The translations under genes and the position numbers were made by a program. A stretch of DNA of 64,000 nucleotides, from positions 19,194 to 83,193 of the forward strand of contig JABJFC010000057.1 of the NCBI GenBank assembly GCA_018662925.1. Direction: 5' to 3'. Below, one piece after another: positions 10,169-21,786 of this stretch (the first letter of the stretch is position 1; every line of letters starts with the position of its first letter). The notes beneath the pieces were generated by a model. The model did not search any database and was not told the DNA's origin. It saw only the letters and a program-made list of their open reading frames with translations. The stretch is from Alphaproteobacteria bacterium. Lineage in GTDB: Bacteria > Pseudomonadota > Alphaproteobacteria > 16-39-46 > JABJFC01.

Positions 10169-10846
10169 CTATGCTGGCAGCTTTCTGTGCCATAGTATTG
10201 GGGCTGCGCTCTTTAAATTCACACTAAAAATGGTGTATTCGGGGAGCTTCGTGGTTGGATTTATGCAGCTCAGATTGAATGTACCATTCTTTCGGCCCTT
10301 GGTGACACGCCTAACGTAGGTGGCACCATCTTCTGTTTCAACAATACAGTTATTATTGAGAGCAGCTTCAGAAAGGTCGTTACCTGACTTTCTAATACCA
10401 CCAACATAATCTCCAGGCGCATAGAAGGGGAGCATGGCATCGTCAGAAACAAGACGAATATCAGCATCTTTATTTGCCTTTTGAAAAGTGCGGACCTCTG
10501 TCATCACACCAACTTCTTTCTGCAGATGCTTTAGGTCGTTATTTACAATGCTATCCACGGAGGAATCAATAACTGACTCTATTTCCTCAATGGGGCGCGG
10601 CGAGATACCTTTTCCAGACAGAAGCCACTCTACTGTACAAAAAACTTTCGCTTCCTTAAGCATTGTGACAATTCGTTTCGCGATCTTATCTTTGATTGGG
10701 TTCCTTCCAAGTTCCCAAGCATAGTAAGTATGCTTACTTATTCCAAATGTGTCGGGTATATCATTCAACGTTATCCCCGATAATCGTCGAGCAAGACGAA
10801 GTCGGTCCGCCCTTTGCTCAAATTCTAGTTCTGTTACATTAGTCAT
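10169..10846 (-). CDS. XRE-family HTH transcriptional regulator with S24-like C-terminal domain
   Basis: RADRLRLARRLSG..AWELG, EWLLSGKG; C-terminal DDAMLPFYAPGDYVGG. Confidence 0.8.
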   Translation of the reverse strand: MTNVTELEFEQRADRLRLARRLSGITLNDIPDTFGISKHTYYAWELGRNPIKDKIAKRIVTMLKEAKVFCTVEWLLSGKGISPRPIEEIESVIDSSVDSIVNNDLKHLQKEVGVMTEVRTFQKANKDADIRLVSDDAMLPFYAPGDYVGGIRKSGNDLSEAALNNNCIVETEDGATYVRRVTKGRKNGTFNLSCINPTTKLPEYTIFSVNLKSAAPILWHRKLPA

Positions 10847-11037
10847 TTGCCCATTCTCCTATATTACAGCAAATTGGATACATAAAACTTGCTCTTTACT
10901 ATACCAAAATTCCGTATCCATAGAATACAAATAAATAATACTTGAGCGTATTTCAAGTCAAATTCGTATAAAAATGAAATAAAATACACTTTTTATCTAT
11001 TATTATGGCGGGGTTCGGCTTAACCCTTTGTTATATA

Positions 11038-12561
11038 TTAATTATTTTTGCGCCTCAAAAAGGCTGGAATTTCCAGAGATTCTGTATCAATTTCATCCAA
11101 AGGAGAGTCGATTTGGTTAATCTTCGATGAGGAAGCCTGATTTTTGTTTCCGGAACTTTGGTCATGCCCTTTTTGTACGTGCGAAGAAGCTTCTGATTTG
11201 CGTGCCATGCCGGCTAATCTAGCAAAAAAGCCAGGGCGGCGAGTTTCTTTCTTCGCTGGAGCCTCTTCAGTTAGTTCTGCAAAAGCAGGAGGCGTTTCCT
11301 CTTCCTGGGGGAACAGGACAGTTTGTTCATTATTTCCCTCAATAACGCCCTTTTGAGCTTGGGATTCTTCGTCATTCTCTAGTATATGATCAAGATCTAG
11401 AGGATCTATTTCATCAGGAGAGGACAAGTCTGCTAAATCTTCGTTGCCTCCTTCTGTTTTATTTGCGGCTATTGAGCCCTCGAAAAGAGAAATAGTATCT
11501 GGAACTGAAGTTTGGGTTTGGTTTGATACAAAACCTTGATTTTGTGGGAGCGTAAAGCTCTCAGGAGATTCAATTCCAGTTGCAACAACGGATACACGTA
11601 TTTTTCCACTTAATTTTTCATCGAAAGTGGATCCAAAAATAATCTGTGCATTAGAGTCAACTTCATCCCTAACTCTATTTGCGGCTTCATCGACCTCAAA
11701 AAGGGTCATGTCATGGCCACCTGTTATGTTAATCAGAACGCCTCTTGCGCCCTTCATGGAAACATCGTCCAGAAGTGGATTAGAAATGGCCGCTTCTGCG
11801 GATTCAATGGCTCGGTTGTCGCCTTCGGCCTCTCCCGTTCCCATCATGGCTTTCCCCATTTCACTCATGACAGATCTTACGTCTGCAAAATCCAGATTAA
11901 TTAACCCAGGCATAATCATGAGGTCTGTGACCCCTCTGACACCAGAGTATAAAACATCGTCGGCCATTTTAAAGGCATCAGCAAAGGTCGTCTTTTCATT
12001 TGCAACGCGGAAGAGGTTTTGGTTGGGAATGATGATGAGTGTATCAACATGTTTCTGGAGTTCGTCGATCCCTTTCTCAGCTAAGCGCATGCGCTGGGCC
12101 CCTTCGAAGTGAAATGGCTTGGTTACAACGCCTACTGTAAGGATTCCTTTTTCACGGGCTGCTTGGGCAATTACTGGCGCGGCACCTGTTCCAGTTCCAC
12201 CACCCATTCCAGCCGTAATGAAGAGCATATGAGCACCGCTAATGTGCTCTTTGACCGTTTCGAGAGCTTCTTCTGCCGAAGCGCGCCCAACGTCTGGCCG
12301 AGAACCTGCTCCAAGTCCCTGTGTAATTTCAAAACCCAACTGAATTTTCTTTTCGGCTAGGGACTCACCTAAAGCCTGTGCATCCGTATTGCAGGCTGAA
12401 AATTCTGCGCCTTCTAGTTTAAGGCGAATCATGTTATTTACAGCATTGCCTCCTGCACCACCGACGCCGATCACTGAGATACGCGGTTTCAGATCTTTTA
12501 GATTTTCAACATTTGATGAAGTCGTTAAATCAAGGGGCTCAGTGGTGGTAGAGGTAGTCAT
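11038..12561 (-). CDS. ftsZ: Cell division protein FtsZ
   Basis: [22 protein letters not shown], long acidic linker, C-terminal LEIPAFLRR; start set at ATG 12561. Confidence 0.98.
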   Translation of the reverse strand: MTTSTTTEPLDLTTSSNVENLKDLKPRISVIGVGGAGGNAVNNMIRLKLEGAEFSACNTDAQALGESLAEKKIQLGFEITQGLGAGSRPDVGRASAEEALETVKEHISGAHMLFITAGMGGGTGTGAAPVIAQAAREKGILTVGVVTKPFHFEGAQRMRLAEKGIDELQKHVDTLIIIPNQNLFRVANEKTTFADAFKMADDVLYSGVRGVTDLMIMPGLINLDFADVRSVMSEMGKAMMGTGEAEGDNRAIESAEAAISNPLLDDVSMKGARGVLINITGGHDMTLFEVDEAANRVRDEVDSNAQIIFGSTFDEKLSGKIRVSVVATGIESPESFTLPQNQGFVSNQTQTSVPDTISLFEGSIAANKTEGGNEDLADLSSPDEIDPLDLDHILENDEESQAQKGVIEGNNEQTVLFPQEEETPPAFAELTEEAPAKKETRRPGFFARLAGMARKSEASSHVQKGHDQSSGNKNQASSSKINQIDSPLDEIDTESLEIPAFLRRKNN

Positions 12562-12624
12562 TCTATGTTCTCCATGTTTATCAAAAGACCTGAGGGTCAA
12601 CCTACACTATTTCGTACTATTGTC

Positions 12625-13863
12625 CTAAAAATATTTTTGTATCCATGCTTGTAATCGTTCCACTACTCCCATGGACATTTTTCCTTCCGATAAGTAATAA
12701 GATCGAGATTGCAAAGCGAAGCTCAAAAGTCCGGCACTTGTTGCGAAAGAGGGCCCCGAGGCTGTTTCGCTTAATCCTTGTATATGCAGAGGTTTTCCCA
12801 GTCTTACCTGACGATCTAAGATAAGACTTGCGAGCTCTTTGATGCCAGCAATTTGACTGCCTCCTCCTGTGATCACCACGCGTCGGCTTGCTGCCTTTGC
12901 TAATTTATTTTGATCCAAATGATTTTTGACAATCTCAAGTATTTCTTCAAGTCTTGGGCGAATAATTTTGTTAAGGGTCGCTTTAGATATTTGAGTTGCT
13001 TGAGTTGGGTGGTCCTCCCCTATTTGGGGGACTACGATGGTTTCTTTTTCATCCTTTGGTGTGGAAATGGCACTTCCATAGAGTGTTTTAAGCCGCTCTG
13101 CTTGTATTACAGGGGTTGAAAGACCTTGAGCAATGTCATTGGTGATATGGATTCCTCCAATGGGGATGTTATCAATGTAGACACAGTGGCCTCCCATAAA
13201 CGAGGCAATATTTGTGCTCCCTCCTCCTAGATCTAAAACTGTTACGCCAAGATCTCTCTCATCTTCTACCAGGATTGCGAGACCCGAAGCATAGGCGGAG
13301 GACACAAAATCACACACGTCAAGATGACAGTGTTCTATACATGTGGATAAATTTCGAATGAGTCCTGTAGGAGAACTAATAACATGCAGACTGACACCCA
13401 ATCGTTCTCCATACATGCCTCGAGGATCTCTTATGCCACGATTCCCGTCAATAGTGTATCCGATAGGAAAGGCGTGAATTATTTTCTTTTCTCTCGTGCT
13501 AGAAATGGCTTGTTGGCTTTGACTCAATACCTTTTGGATATCTGAATCGGAAATCTCGTGTGAAGTGATCGGTGTATCAACATCTATAATTTGTGATGCT
13601 ACTTTTCCGGAAATACTCACAAAAACGTCGTGAATGGTTTCCTTCGCCATTTCCTCGGCATTCTGTACGGCATTTAGGGTCGCATTTACAGCGGCCTCCA
13701 TATCAACAATGAAGCCATTTTTGAGCCCTTTTGATAACTGATTTCCAAGGCCAATGACTTTTAAAGTATTATCTTCTTCGACGCGTGCAATAGCGCAGCA
13801 TATTTTCGTCGTTCCAATATCCAGTGCGGTAATTAAGTCATTCTTAGAAAAGGTTTTTTTCAT
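12625..13863 (-). CDS. ftsA: Cell division protein FtsA
   Basis: ALDIGTTKICC, LDLGGGST, VITGGGSQ, C-terminal amphipathic helix. Confidence 0.97.
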   Translation of the reverse strand: MKKTFSKNDLITALDIGTTKICCAIARVEEDNTLKVIGLGNQLSKGLKNGFIVDMEAAVNATLNAVQNAEEMAKETIHDVFVSISGKVASQIIDVDTPITSHEISDSDIQKVLSQSQQAISSTREKKIIHAFPIGYTIDGNRGIRDPRGMYGERLGVSLHVISSPTGLIRNLSTCIEHCHLDVCDFVSSAYASGLAILVEDERDLGVTVLDLGGGSTNIASFMGGHCVYIDNIPIGGIHITNDIAQGLSTPVIQAERLKTLYGSAISTPKDEKETIVVPQIGEDHPTQATQISKATLNKIIRPRLEEILEIVKNHLDQNKLAKAASRRVVITGGGSQIAGIKELASLILDRQVRLGKPLHIQGLSETASGPSFATSAGLLSFALQSRSYYLSEGKMSMGVVERLQAWIQKYF

Positions 13864-13880
13864 GATTGTTTGTGTGCTTT

Positions 13881-14738
13881 CTAGGCTTCTTTCCCACGTG
13901 ACTTTCCAATCCCAGGTTTTCTTGAGTTAGGGCGCGCTGGTATTTTATCTTTCATCTGTAAGACTACATGAGGCAGAAAACGTAAATCAACAACAGAAAT
14001 GTCTCTTGTCCCTAATTTTTGATTTTCTTCCATAGCAACAAGAGATTGAAGGGCATCGGCAAAATTTTCTTCTGGGAGTTTAACCAACACTTCGTTTGAA
14101 AGATGAAGATTCCACCTGCGTTTATCCACATAAACGGCAGCCTTTAGCTTTTTTTTCATAAAGGGGACTTTCAAAACAACTTCTAAAAATTTTGGAGCTT
14201 TTTCAGCTGATCCTTCTCCAATAATAATGGGGAGATGCCGGAAAGGCGAAACCGGTATCGTATCCATTGTGAGCCCGCGATCATCGAGGAGAGAAAGTTT
14301 TTTCTTACTCTGCCAGAGTGCAAGAGGCTTTCGCTCAGAAAGTCGAATATAGAGTGTATCTGGCAGGCGTCGCTGCACCATGGCAGAGCGCACCCAAGGG
14401 AGGCGCTCCAAGTTATCCTTTATCTCACTGGGGTCGCACAAAAGGATGGAATCGCCTTTTTTTCTGTTGAGAGCAGTATATATTTGCTCCTTTTCTGTTT
14501 TGTTGCGACCTTCAATGAGTATGCCTTCGATTATGAATCCAGCCTTTTCTGACAAATTGACAATACTGTTGTGTACGAGAGTCATCCCTTTGTCCAAAAC
14601 ATTTTGAGACTTTAACCAAATAAGTCCGAGGGTAATAAGCAACAAGACAAACGGGACTCGTCCTTTCCGAAGAGAGACTTTCCAGAGAGGGGCTTTTTTT
14701 CTGCGGGTTTTATTTCTTGGTTGAGTTGCTTTCTTCAT
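13881..14738 (-). CDS. ftsQ: Cell division protein FtsQ/DivIB
   Basis: Single TM, POTRA domain (LERLPWVRSAMVQRRLPDTL), DLR motif; position before ftsA. Confidence 0.92.
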   Translation of the reverse strand: MKKATQPRNKTRRKKAPLWKVSLRKGRVPFVLLLITLGLIWLKSQNVLDKGMTLVHNSIVNLSEKAGFIIEGILIEGRNKTEKEQIYTALNRKKGDSILLCDPSEIKDNLERLPWVRSAMVQRRLPDTLYIRLSERKPLALWQSKKKLSLLDDRGLTMDTIPVSPFRHLPIIIGEGSAEKAPKFLEVVLKVPFMKKKLKAAVYVDKRRWNLHLSNEVLVKLPEENFADALQSLVAMEENQKLGTRDISVVDLRFLPHVVLQMKDKIPARPNSRKPGIGKSRGKEA

Positions 14739-15661
14739 TTTTTCTCTTGCCCAAGGAGTTGTATTTCCATTCTGAGATTAATTCCAGAGTTTTTCAAGAC
14801 GCGTTGATGAACTTCATGAACAAGTTTTTCCAGGTCGCTGGCTGTGGCAGCACCCGTATTTATAAGGAAGTTGCAGTGTTGTTCAGATATAAGGGCGCCA
14901 CCTATCTTCAACCCACGGCATCCTGCTTGATCTATAAGTTCCCATGCTCTTAGCCCTCCCGACTCAGAGGGATCCGGATTGGTAAAGGTACATCCTCCCG
15001 TTCTCGCACGTGTAGGTTGACTGGTTTCTCGGGTGCTCATGATTTCTTGTATTTTAGCTTTGATAACTTCTGCTTTTTCCGGGATTCCTTGAAGATGAGC
15101 ATCTAGAAAAATCCATTTGTCTGGAATGCCACAGAATCTATGGGAGAAGTTCATCTCATTTACGGGAATGCTATGGATGGTACCATTAGGGTCCACGGCA
15201 GTGGCAGAAACGAGGATGTCTTTCATTTCTCGACCATAGGCACCTGCATTCATACGGAGGGCGCCTCCAATTGTGCCAGGTATTCCTGAAAGAAATTCGA
15301 GTCCTCCCAATTCTTGCTCCATGGCATACTGTGAAACAGAGCGATCGAGACAGCCTGCACCAACCAAAAGCGTATTCCCCTCCTCACGTCGGCACTGGAT
15401 AAATCCTCTTCCCAGACGAATAACGACCCCTGGAATACCTGCCTCACGGACAAGTACATTTGAACCAACCCCGAAAATGGTAATGGGAACGTCTTGGGGC
15501 TTTCTTTGCAGAAAGGCAATCAAATCGTCCTTATCTTTTGGTTTAAACAGGACTTCTGCAGGTCCTCCTACCCGAAGCCAAGTGATGGTTGCCATGGAGG
15601 TGTTTTCTGTATAACGACCTTGAACGGGAGGCAGTTGGTTTAGTAAAGAAGTTTTGGACAT
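14735..15661 (-). CDS. murB: UDP-N-acetylmuramate dehydrogenase
   Basis: GVGSNVLV, GIPGTIGGALRMNAGAYG, HCNFLIN. Confidence 0.97.
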   Translation of the reverse strand: MSKTSLLNQLPPVQGRYTENTSMATITWLRVGGPAEVLFKPKDKDDLIAFLQRKPQDVPITIFGVGSNVLVREAGIPGVVIRLGRGFIQCRREEGNTLLVGAGCLDRSVSQYAMEQELGGLEFLSGIPGTIGGALRMNAGAYGREMKDILVSATAVDPNGTIHSIPVNEMNFSHRFCGIPDKWIFLDAHLQGIPEKAEVIKAKIQEIMSTRETSQPTRARTGGCTFTNPDPSESGGLRAWELIDQAGCRGLKIGGALISEQHCNFLINTGAATASDLEKLVHEVHQRVLKNSGINLRMEIQLLGQEKK

Positions 15662-15662
15662 T

Positions 15663-17105
15663 TTAGATCGCTGTAGAAAGGGGCTTGTCGGACGCAGAAT
15701 TTTTCAATTCCTCAGAGATTGCATATGCCCATTGAGTAATGTTTCCAGCTCCCATGAAAATTAGGTAGTCATCTGGGGCAAGTCTACTTTCTAAGAGCGG
15801 AATAATTTCCTCGGGAGAATCAATGGTATGGATGCAGTCCTTAGGAACTTCTGAGATGGATTGGGCGAGAGTTTCATGATTGATATTTGGGATTGGAGTC
15901 TCTCCAGCGGCAAAAACGGGCGCGACGATGACTTCGTCAGCTCCTTTTAAGCAGGTTGAAAATTCTTTAAAAAGATCTTCTAAACGGCTGTACCTATGGG
16001 GTTGAAGCACAGCGATAACGCGACCTTTGCAAACTTCTTTTGCAGTATTCATCACGGCAACAATCTCTGTGGGGTGGTGGGCATAGTCATCAAAAACATG
16101 GACCCCATTTATGTGCCCAACTTTCGTAAATCGTCGTTTGACGCCGGAAAAAGTCTCAAGACCTTTTCTAACAAGTTTTTCAGGGAGGTTCATCTTTTCG
16201 GCAATAGCGATGGCTGCTAACGCATTCTGGATATTATGCTTACCGAGCATAGACAGTCGTACGTCTTTTAGGACCTTTTCCTCTTGATCGGGCAGAGAGA
16301 TGTGAGCATCAAAGATGGAGAGGGTTTGATCTACAGTCCTAATATTAGTTCCTCGAATCTGGGCTGGGTTTTCCAGGCCATAGGTGACTAAGGATCGATT
16401 TTCAATGGTTGGAATGAGTTCTTTCACAACATCATTGTCTGTGCACATTGCGGCAAAACCATAAAAAGGAATGTTTTGGACAAAGGTGCAGAAAGATTTT
16501 TTGAGAACGTCAAAGGAACCATAATATTCCATGTGTTCAGGATCGATGTTTGTGACAACACCTATGGTCGCAGGAATTTTTAGGAAGCTTCCATCGGATT
16601 CGTCAGACTCAACAACCATCCAGTCGCCTTGTCCAAGATATGCATTGGTGCCATGGGAATTGATGATTCCACCGTTGACGACGGTAGGATCTAGATCTGC
16701 TGCCGATAAGACGGCTGAGACGAGGGAAGTAGTGGTTGTTTTGCCGTGACTTCCCGCAATGGCGATTGTCCATTTGAGGCGTGTAAGCTGTCCTAACATC
16801 TCAGATCGATGTACAATAGGGATCCCACGCTTTTTTGCAGCAACGATTTCAGGGTTGTCATCTTTAATAGCTGAGGAAACAACAAGGACGCTTGCAGAGT
16901 CAATATTTTGGGCTTTTTGTCCCAAAAATATTGGGATCCCAAGGTCTTTAAGTCGTTTTACATTAGCACTTTCAGATGCATCACTTCCTTGAACCAATTG
17001 GCCCAGGTTGTGAAGAATTTCTGCAATGCCACTCATTCCAATTCCCCCAATTCCTACAAAATGAAGGCGTCCAATGGAAAGGGGGGAAAGCGCAATACTT
17101 TTCAT
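15663..17105 (-). CDS. murC: UDP-N-acetylmuramate--L-alanine ligase
   Basis: HFVGIGGIGMSGIA, GSHGKTTTT, ESDESDGSF, DDYAHHPTEI; start set at ATG 17105. Confidence 0.97.
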   Translation of the reverse strand: MKSIALSPLSIGRLHFVGIGGIGMSGIAEILHNLGQLVQGSDASESANVKRLKDLGIPIFLGQKAQNIDSASVLVVSSAIKDDNPEIVAAKKRGIPIVHRSEMLGQLTRLKWTIAIAGSHGKTTTTSLVSAVLSAADLDPTVVNGGIINSHGTNAYLGQGDWMVVESDESDGSFLKIPATIGVVTNIDPEHMEYYGSFDVLKKSFCTFVQNIPFYGFAAMCTDNDVVKELIPTIENRSLVTYGLENPAQIRGTNIRTVDQTLSIFDAHISLPDQEEKVLKDVRLSMLGKHNIQNALAAIAIAEKMNLPEKLVRKGLETFSGVKRRFTKVGHINGVHVFDDYAHHPTEIVAVMNTAKEVCKGRVIAVLQPHRYSRLEDLFKEFSTCLKGADEVIVAPVFAAGETPIPNINHETLAQSISEVPKDCIHTIDSPEEIIPLLESRLAPDDYLIFMGAGNITQWAYAISEELKNSASDKPLSTAI

Positions 17106-17115
17106 AATAATACTT

Positions 17116-18240
17116 TCAATAGGTGATATTCCTCTTCTTATCCAATGGTTTTGCAAGTGAGTCAACCACTTTTGCAAGCCTTTCAGCTGCCTTTGTATGC
17201 TGCTGAGAATCTAAGCTTGAAGACATTTCATTTAAGGTTGCTGGATTGGATAACAGGAAGGACAATTTTTCTGCTAGCGCCTTGGGAGAAAGAGATTTTT
17301 CTGGAAAGACGTATCCACCTCCAACAGTTTCAATATGGCGTGCATTTTTGGTTTGGTGATCATCTGTTGCATGGGGTAGGGGAACAAGAATACTTGGACG
17401 TGAAGTGACAATAAGCTCCGTTACACTAGAGGCGCCCGCTCTGCATATGACAAGATGGGCTTTGCCTAGTTTCTGAGTCATGTCACGAAAAAAGGGGGAG
17501 ATTTCGTGTGAAATTCCAAGCTTCTCTATATCTGTGCACGTTGTTTCTAATAACTCTTCTCGGCATTGTTGGACAAGATGAATACGAGATCGCAGAGAGG
17601 CGTCCATAAGAGAAAGTGACTTGGGAATGAGTTGGCTAAAAACACGTGCTCCTTGACTCCCACCAAGAACGAGTAGATTAAATGGCCCCTCTTTTTTAGG
17701 GGGAGAATAGCGAGTGTTGGAGAGCTTTTTAATTTCTGGGCGGACTGGGTTTCCAGTCACAACACATTTAGCTTTTGACTTTTTCCCAATTCGATCAGTG
17801 TGCTCAAAGGAAAGTGCAATACTTTTTACGTAGGGAGCAAAGAGACGATTTACCTGACCAAGTACAGAGTTTTGCTCATGGATAATTGTGGGGATTTTCA
17901 TTAAAATAGCAGCTAAGAGGGGAGGTGTTGATGGGTATCCTCCAAGTCCGATAACACAAACTGGATTGAGTTTTTTGAGCGTTTGCCGGGCACGTCTTGC
18001 GGCCTTTAGAATGGGAAATACTTTAGCTAATTTTGCAGTGATGGATGTTTTGCCAGAGAGCTTATTGAGAATTGGAATGATTGTCACACAATCGGGGAGA
18101 TCGCTGTATCGTTGGCCACGATGATCTGTCAGGAGAGCCACGTCATATCCGCGTTTCAAAAGCTCATGGGCAAGGGCTGTGGCTGGAAAAATATGTCCTC
18201 CAGTTCCACCTGACGCCAAAACCACGCAGGGCTTTTTCAT
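17116..18240 (-). CDS. murG: Lipid II GlcNAc transferase MurG
   Basis: GGTGGHIFPA, HEQN, GGSQGA, CRAGASS, DDHQTKNA; ATG at 18240 overlaps the ftsW stop. Confidence 0.97.
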   Translation of the reverse strand: MKKPCVVLASGGTGGHIFPATALAHELLKRGYDVALLTDHRGQRYSDLPDCVTIIPILNKLSGKTSITAKLAKVFPILKAARRARQTLKKLNPVCVIGLGGYPSTPPLLAAILMKIPTIIHEQNSVLGQVNRLFAPYVKSIALSFEHTDRIGKKSKAKCVVTGNPVRPEIKKLSNTRYSPPKKEGPFNLLVLGGSQGARVFSQLIPKSLSLMDASLRSRIHLVQQCREELLETTCTDIEKLGISHEISPFFRDMTQKLGKAHLVICRAGASSVTELIVTSRPSILVPLPHATDDHQTKNARHIETVGGGYVFPEKSLSPKALAEKLSFLLSNPATLNEMSSSLDSQQHTKAAERLAKVVDSLAKPLDKKRNITY

Positions 18241-19349
18241 TCCTCCCCTCCTTTTCCTCTTTTGGTCAGGGCTAAAAGCATTCCCATTCCGAGAGACAGA
18301 GCAAGAAGAGAGGATCCCCCATAGCTCAAAAAGGGAAGGGTCATGCCTTTCGTGGGAATCAGATGAAGAGAAGAAGCCATGTTGATCAAGGCCTGTAGGG
18401 CAAATTGTGTGGTAAGTCCAGCAACGGCCAAAATATGAAACAAGTTGTTTTGACCAAAAACCCGCGAGAGGCTTCTTAGAACAATAAAGGAAAAAATGCC
18501 CACGACAATCAGGCATAAAATAAGTCCAAATTCCTCTCCAGCAACGGCAAAAATAAAATCTGCATGTGCGTCTGGAAGATGTTTTTTTACAATCCCTTCT
18601 CCTGGGCCCATGCCAAAAAACCCTCCATTCATGAAGGCATCTAAGGACTGGCTAATTTGATACTGATCTCCAGCATTCGGATCCAAAAAGCGGTCAATGC
18701 GGCTTGATACGTGTGGAAGGAAGATGTAGGCCCCTAATAGGCCTGTGACACCCAAACCAGAGCCAGCGACAACCCAGATGAGAGGGAGACCTGCCAGGAA
18801 GAACTGTGTGAACCATATGGCAGAAATAACAAAGGTCATTCCAAGATCTGGTTGCAGGAGGATCAGTGCAGCAGTGATGGCATAGAGCCCTCCAGCGATG
18901 AGCGGAAAAGGTGTTTCTGGGTTTTTGTGCTTTTCGGAAAAAAGCCAAGCCATGACAATAGCGAGTGATGGTTTTATAAATTCTGATGGTTGGAGTGAGA
19001 ATCCGCCGAGGCTGATCCATCTGCGGGCTCCTTTTATTTCCGTTCCAAAGAGTAGTGTTGCAACTAACAGAAATAGACAGACGCCAAATAGAATAATAGA
19101 TATGCGGCGAATTTGCTGTGGAGACAACAGGGATACGGAAATGAGAAGGATAAAGCTTGGGACCATCATCGCAAATTGCCTTCGAACAAAATAATAGGAA
19201 TCCAAATTAATTCGTTCGGCAATGAGAGGGGTTCCTGCAAAACTCAAGATACCTCCTATAGCCATAAGAAGGCACAGTGCAGTGAGGCTCCAACGGTCTA
19301 CAGTCCACCACCAACGTCCAAGGATACTTGTATCTGTTCTAAGAAACAT
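18237..19349 (-). CDS. ftsW: SEDS peptidoglycan polymerase FtsW
   Basis: GARRWI, QPSEFIKP, QPDLG, AHADFIFAV, PTKGMTLPFLSYGGSS; start set at ATG 19349. Confidence 0.96.
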   Translation of the reverse strand: MFLRTDTSILGRWWWTVDRWSLTALCLLMAIGGILSFAGTPLIAERINLDSYYFVRRQFAMMVPSFILLISVSLLSPQQIRRISIILFGVCLFLLVATLLFGTEIKGARRWISLGGFSLQPSEFIKPSLAIVMAWLFSEKHKNPETPFPLIAGGLYAITAALILLQPDLGMTFVISAIWFTQFFLAGLPLIWVVAGSGLGVTGLLGAYIFLPHVSSRIDRFLDPNAGDQYQISQSLDAFMNGGFFGMGPGEGIVKKHLPDAHADFIFAVAGEEFGLILCLIVVGIFSFIVLRSLSRVFGQNNLFHILAVAGLTTQFALQALINMASSLHLIPTKGMTLPFLSYGGSSLLALSLGMGMLLALTKRGKGGEE

Positions 19350-20676
19350 GAGAGGTCCTTTTCTCAATTTTAAGGAGCTCATGAACTTGACGTTTAAAGG
19401 CGTCTCCCCTTGCCTCAAAATCCTTGAATTGATCAAAGGCTGTACAGGCTGGTGACAACAGGATAGTCGGATTCTTAGTTCCAGAAGAAAGAGCCGTAGA
19501 ATGGGCTTCTAACAATGCTTTGTCGAGGGTTTGCACTTTCGTGAAGGGGATTTTTCCCTCTAAATCCTTTGCAAAGCTATCGGTTGCTTCTCCAATTAAA
19601 TAGGCGTGGAGGATGTTGGGAAAATAGGGAGAAAGTGTGTTTAAGGATTCTTCTTTTCCTCTGCCGCCGGCAATCCATAAAATGTTTTTGTAAGTGGCAA
19701 GAGCTTGTGATGCGGCGACAACACTTGTGGCTTTGCTATCATTCACATATCGAATCCCATCATGAACGCAAATGACTTCTTGCCGATGGGGGAGTCCTGG
19801 GAAACTCTGGAAAGCCTTTTCAACAATTTTTTGATCAATTCCAAGGGTCTTGGCAACATGATAGGCCGCTGCGGCATTTTGCTTGTTATGACTGCCTTGC
19901 AAGGCGGGATAAGATGAAAAATTCAATATTTGATCGGGAATAACATTTGCAATGACGTTGAGGGATTTTCTGGATTGAAGATCCTTCAGAATTGTGGCTG
20001 TTTCTGTATCATCAGATCCAATGATGGCCGTATTTTTTACATGATTGAATATCAATTTCTTTGCTGCCACATAGCCTTGTAAATTATGATGCCGATCTAG
20101 GTGGTCAGGTGTAATGTTTAACAGGAGGGCAATTTCTGGATGAAGGGAGGGCGTCAGCTCCAGCTGAAATGAAGAGCACTCAATGACATAGAATCCATCT
20201 TCTGGAATAGGCGCAAGATCCAACACGCAGATCCCTATATTACCCCCAATGCGGCAAGGAATTTTTGCTTCTTGAAGCATGTGGCCAATGAGGGATGTCG
20301 TGGTGGATTTGCCATTGGTACCCGTAATGCAAATAAGATGTGCCTTGGGATTCCCTCTAACAAATAATTCCATGTCTCCGATGATTGGGATTTGTAAGTC
20401 CTTAGCTTTTTGAGCCACAGGATGGGGCTTTGGAAATGTGTGTGGAATCCCGGGGCTGAGCACAAGAGCGTCTATCTTCTCTGTCTCCCATGAAAATTCC
20501 ATCAAGTCTTTTAGGGGGATACCCCTGCTTGCGGCTTTCTCTCGGGTTTCCTGGTTATTGTCCCAAGCGATGACATTAATGCCCCGCTCTAGAAGCCAAA
20601 GAGCTGAGGCAATTCCTGAGCGTCCTAGGCCTAAAAGGACGACGCTCTTTGGGAGAGGGGGAATATTGAATGACAC
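19339..20676 (-). CDS. murD: UDP-MurNAc-L-Ala--D-glutamate ligase
   Basis: GLGRSG, TGTNGKSTT, GLPHRQE, NDSKAT, LSPAC. Confidence 0.97.
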   Translation of the reverse strand: MSFNIPPLPKSVVLLGLGRSGIASALWLLERGINVIAWDNNQETREKAASRGIPLKDLMEFSWETEKIDALVLSPGIPHTFPKPHPVAQKAKDLQIPIIGDMELFVRGNPKAHLICITGTNGKSTTTSLIGHMLQEAKIPCRIGGNIGICVLDLAPIPEDGFYVIECSSFQLELTPSLHPEIALLLNITPDHLDRHHNLQGYVAAKKLIFNHVKNTAIIGSDDTETATILKDLQSRKSLNVIANVIPDQILNFSSYPALQGSHNKQNAAAAYHVAKTLGIDQKIVEKAFQSFPGLPHRQEVICVHDGIRYVNDSKATSVVAASQALATYKNILWIAGGRGKEESLNTLSPYFPNILHAYLIGEATDSFAKDLEGKIPFTKVQTLDKALLEAHSTALSSGTKNPTILLSPACTAFDQFKDFEARGDAFKRQVHELLKIEKRTSHVS

Positions 20677-20691
20677 GTTATATGGCCCCCT

Positions 20692-21783
20692 TTAGCGCAG
20701 TTTTAAAGTGGCAAGACCAATCAGTGCTAAAACGACTGCAATGATCCAAAATCGGATAACGATGGTGGGTTCTGCCCAGCCTTTCTTTTCAAAGTGATGG
20801 TGGAGGGGCGCCATTAAGAAAATACGCTTGCCGCCGGACATCTTAAAATATGCCACTTGCAGGATAACTGAAACAGTTTCAACAACGAATAACCCTCCAA
20901 TGATGGCAAGAACCAGTTCGTGTTTGGTAATGATGCTGATGGCGCCAAGGGATCCTCCTACGGAAAGAGAACCAGTATCTCCCATAAAGATCATGGCAGG
21001 GGGAGCATTGAACCAGAGGAAACCAAGCCCGGCTCCGATGAGGGCACCACAAAAGACGGCTAACTCCCCACTTTGGGGCACAAAGTTGATCTGAAGATAG
21101 TGGGCGAAAATATTGTTTCCAACCAAATAGGAAATCAGAGCAAAGCAAAGGGTTGCAATGATGATGGGGCCAATGGCCAAGCCATCCAGGCCGTCGGTCA
21201 AATTAACGGCATTGGAAGTGCCGATGAGCACTAGGATCGCAAACGGAATGAAAAGGACACCAAAGTTTATCAGGAGATTTTTCACAAAGGGAACGGCTAG
21301 ATGGCTTTCCAGGGTTTCTGGCATTAGATAGCTGATCCAATAGGCGCCAATCCCTGCGATGATAAGTTGTAATAAGAGTTTGAGTTTTCCAGATAGACCC
21401 TTCGTGTTCCGGCGGGTTAATTTGAGATAGTCATCGATCCAACCGATACCACCAAATCCGGTGGTAATGAAAAGCGTTGCCCAAACGAAACCATTGGTCA
21501 GATTCGCCCATAAAAGCGTGCTGATAACGAGGGAGAAGAGGATTAAGCTTCCTCCCATGGTGGGCGTTCCTTGTTTCGTGAGAAGGTGACTTTCTGGGCC
21601 ATCTTCACGGATAGGTTGCCCCTCTTTTTGAATACTTTTGAGCCAACGAATCAGGGAAGGGCCTACAAAAAATGAAATAGCCAGAGCCGTAAGAATCGCT
21701 CCTCCCATCCGAAAGGTAATGTATCGGAAGAGATTTAAAAACGTTACATCCTGAGCTAAATTACTGAAAATATGGTAAAACAT
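20692..21783 (-). CDS. mraY: Phospho-MurNAc-pentapeptide transferase
   Basis: [37 protein letters not shown]. Confidence 0.98.
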   Translation of the reverse strand: MFYHIFSNLAQDVTFLNLFRYITFRMGGAILTALAISFFVGPSLIRWLKSIQKEGQPIREDGPESHLLTKQGTPTMGGSLILFSLVISTLLWANLTNGFVWATLFITTGFGGIGWIDDYLKLTRRNTKGLSGKLKLLLQLIIAGIGAYWISYLMPETLESHLAVPFVKNLLINFGVLFIPFAILVLIGTSNAVNLTDGLDGLAIGPIIIATLCFALISYLVGNNIFAHYLQINFVPQSGELAVFCGALIGAGLGFLWFNAPPAMIFMGDTGSLSVGGSLGAISIITKHELVLAIIGGLFVVETVSVILQVAYFKMSGGKRIFLMAPLHHHFEKKGWAEPTIVIRFWIIAVVLALIGLATLKLR

Positions 21784-21786
21784 TAT

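Noticed and set aside
9271..10846. Prophage or island integrated at tRNA-Glu (XRE repressor nearby)
   Set aside because: No integrase, no duplicated tRNA 3' end and no phage genes in the window
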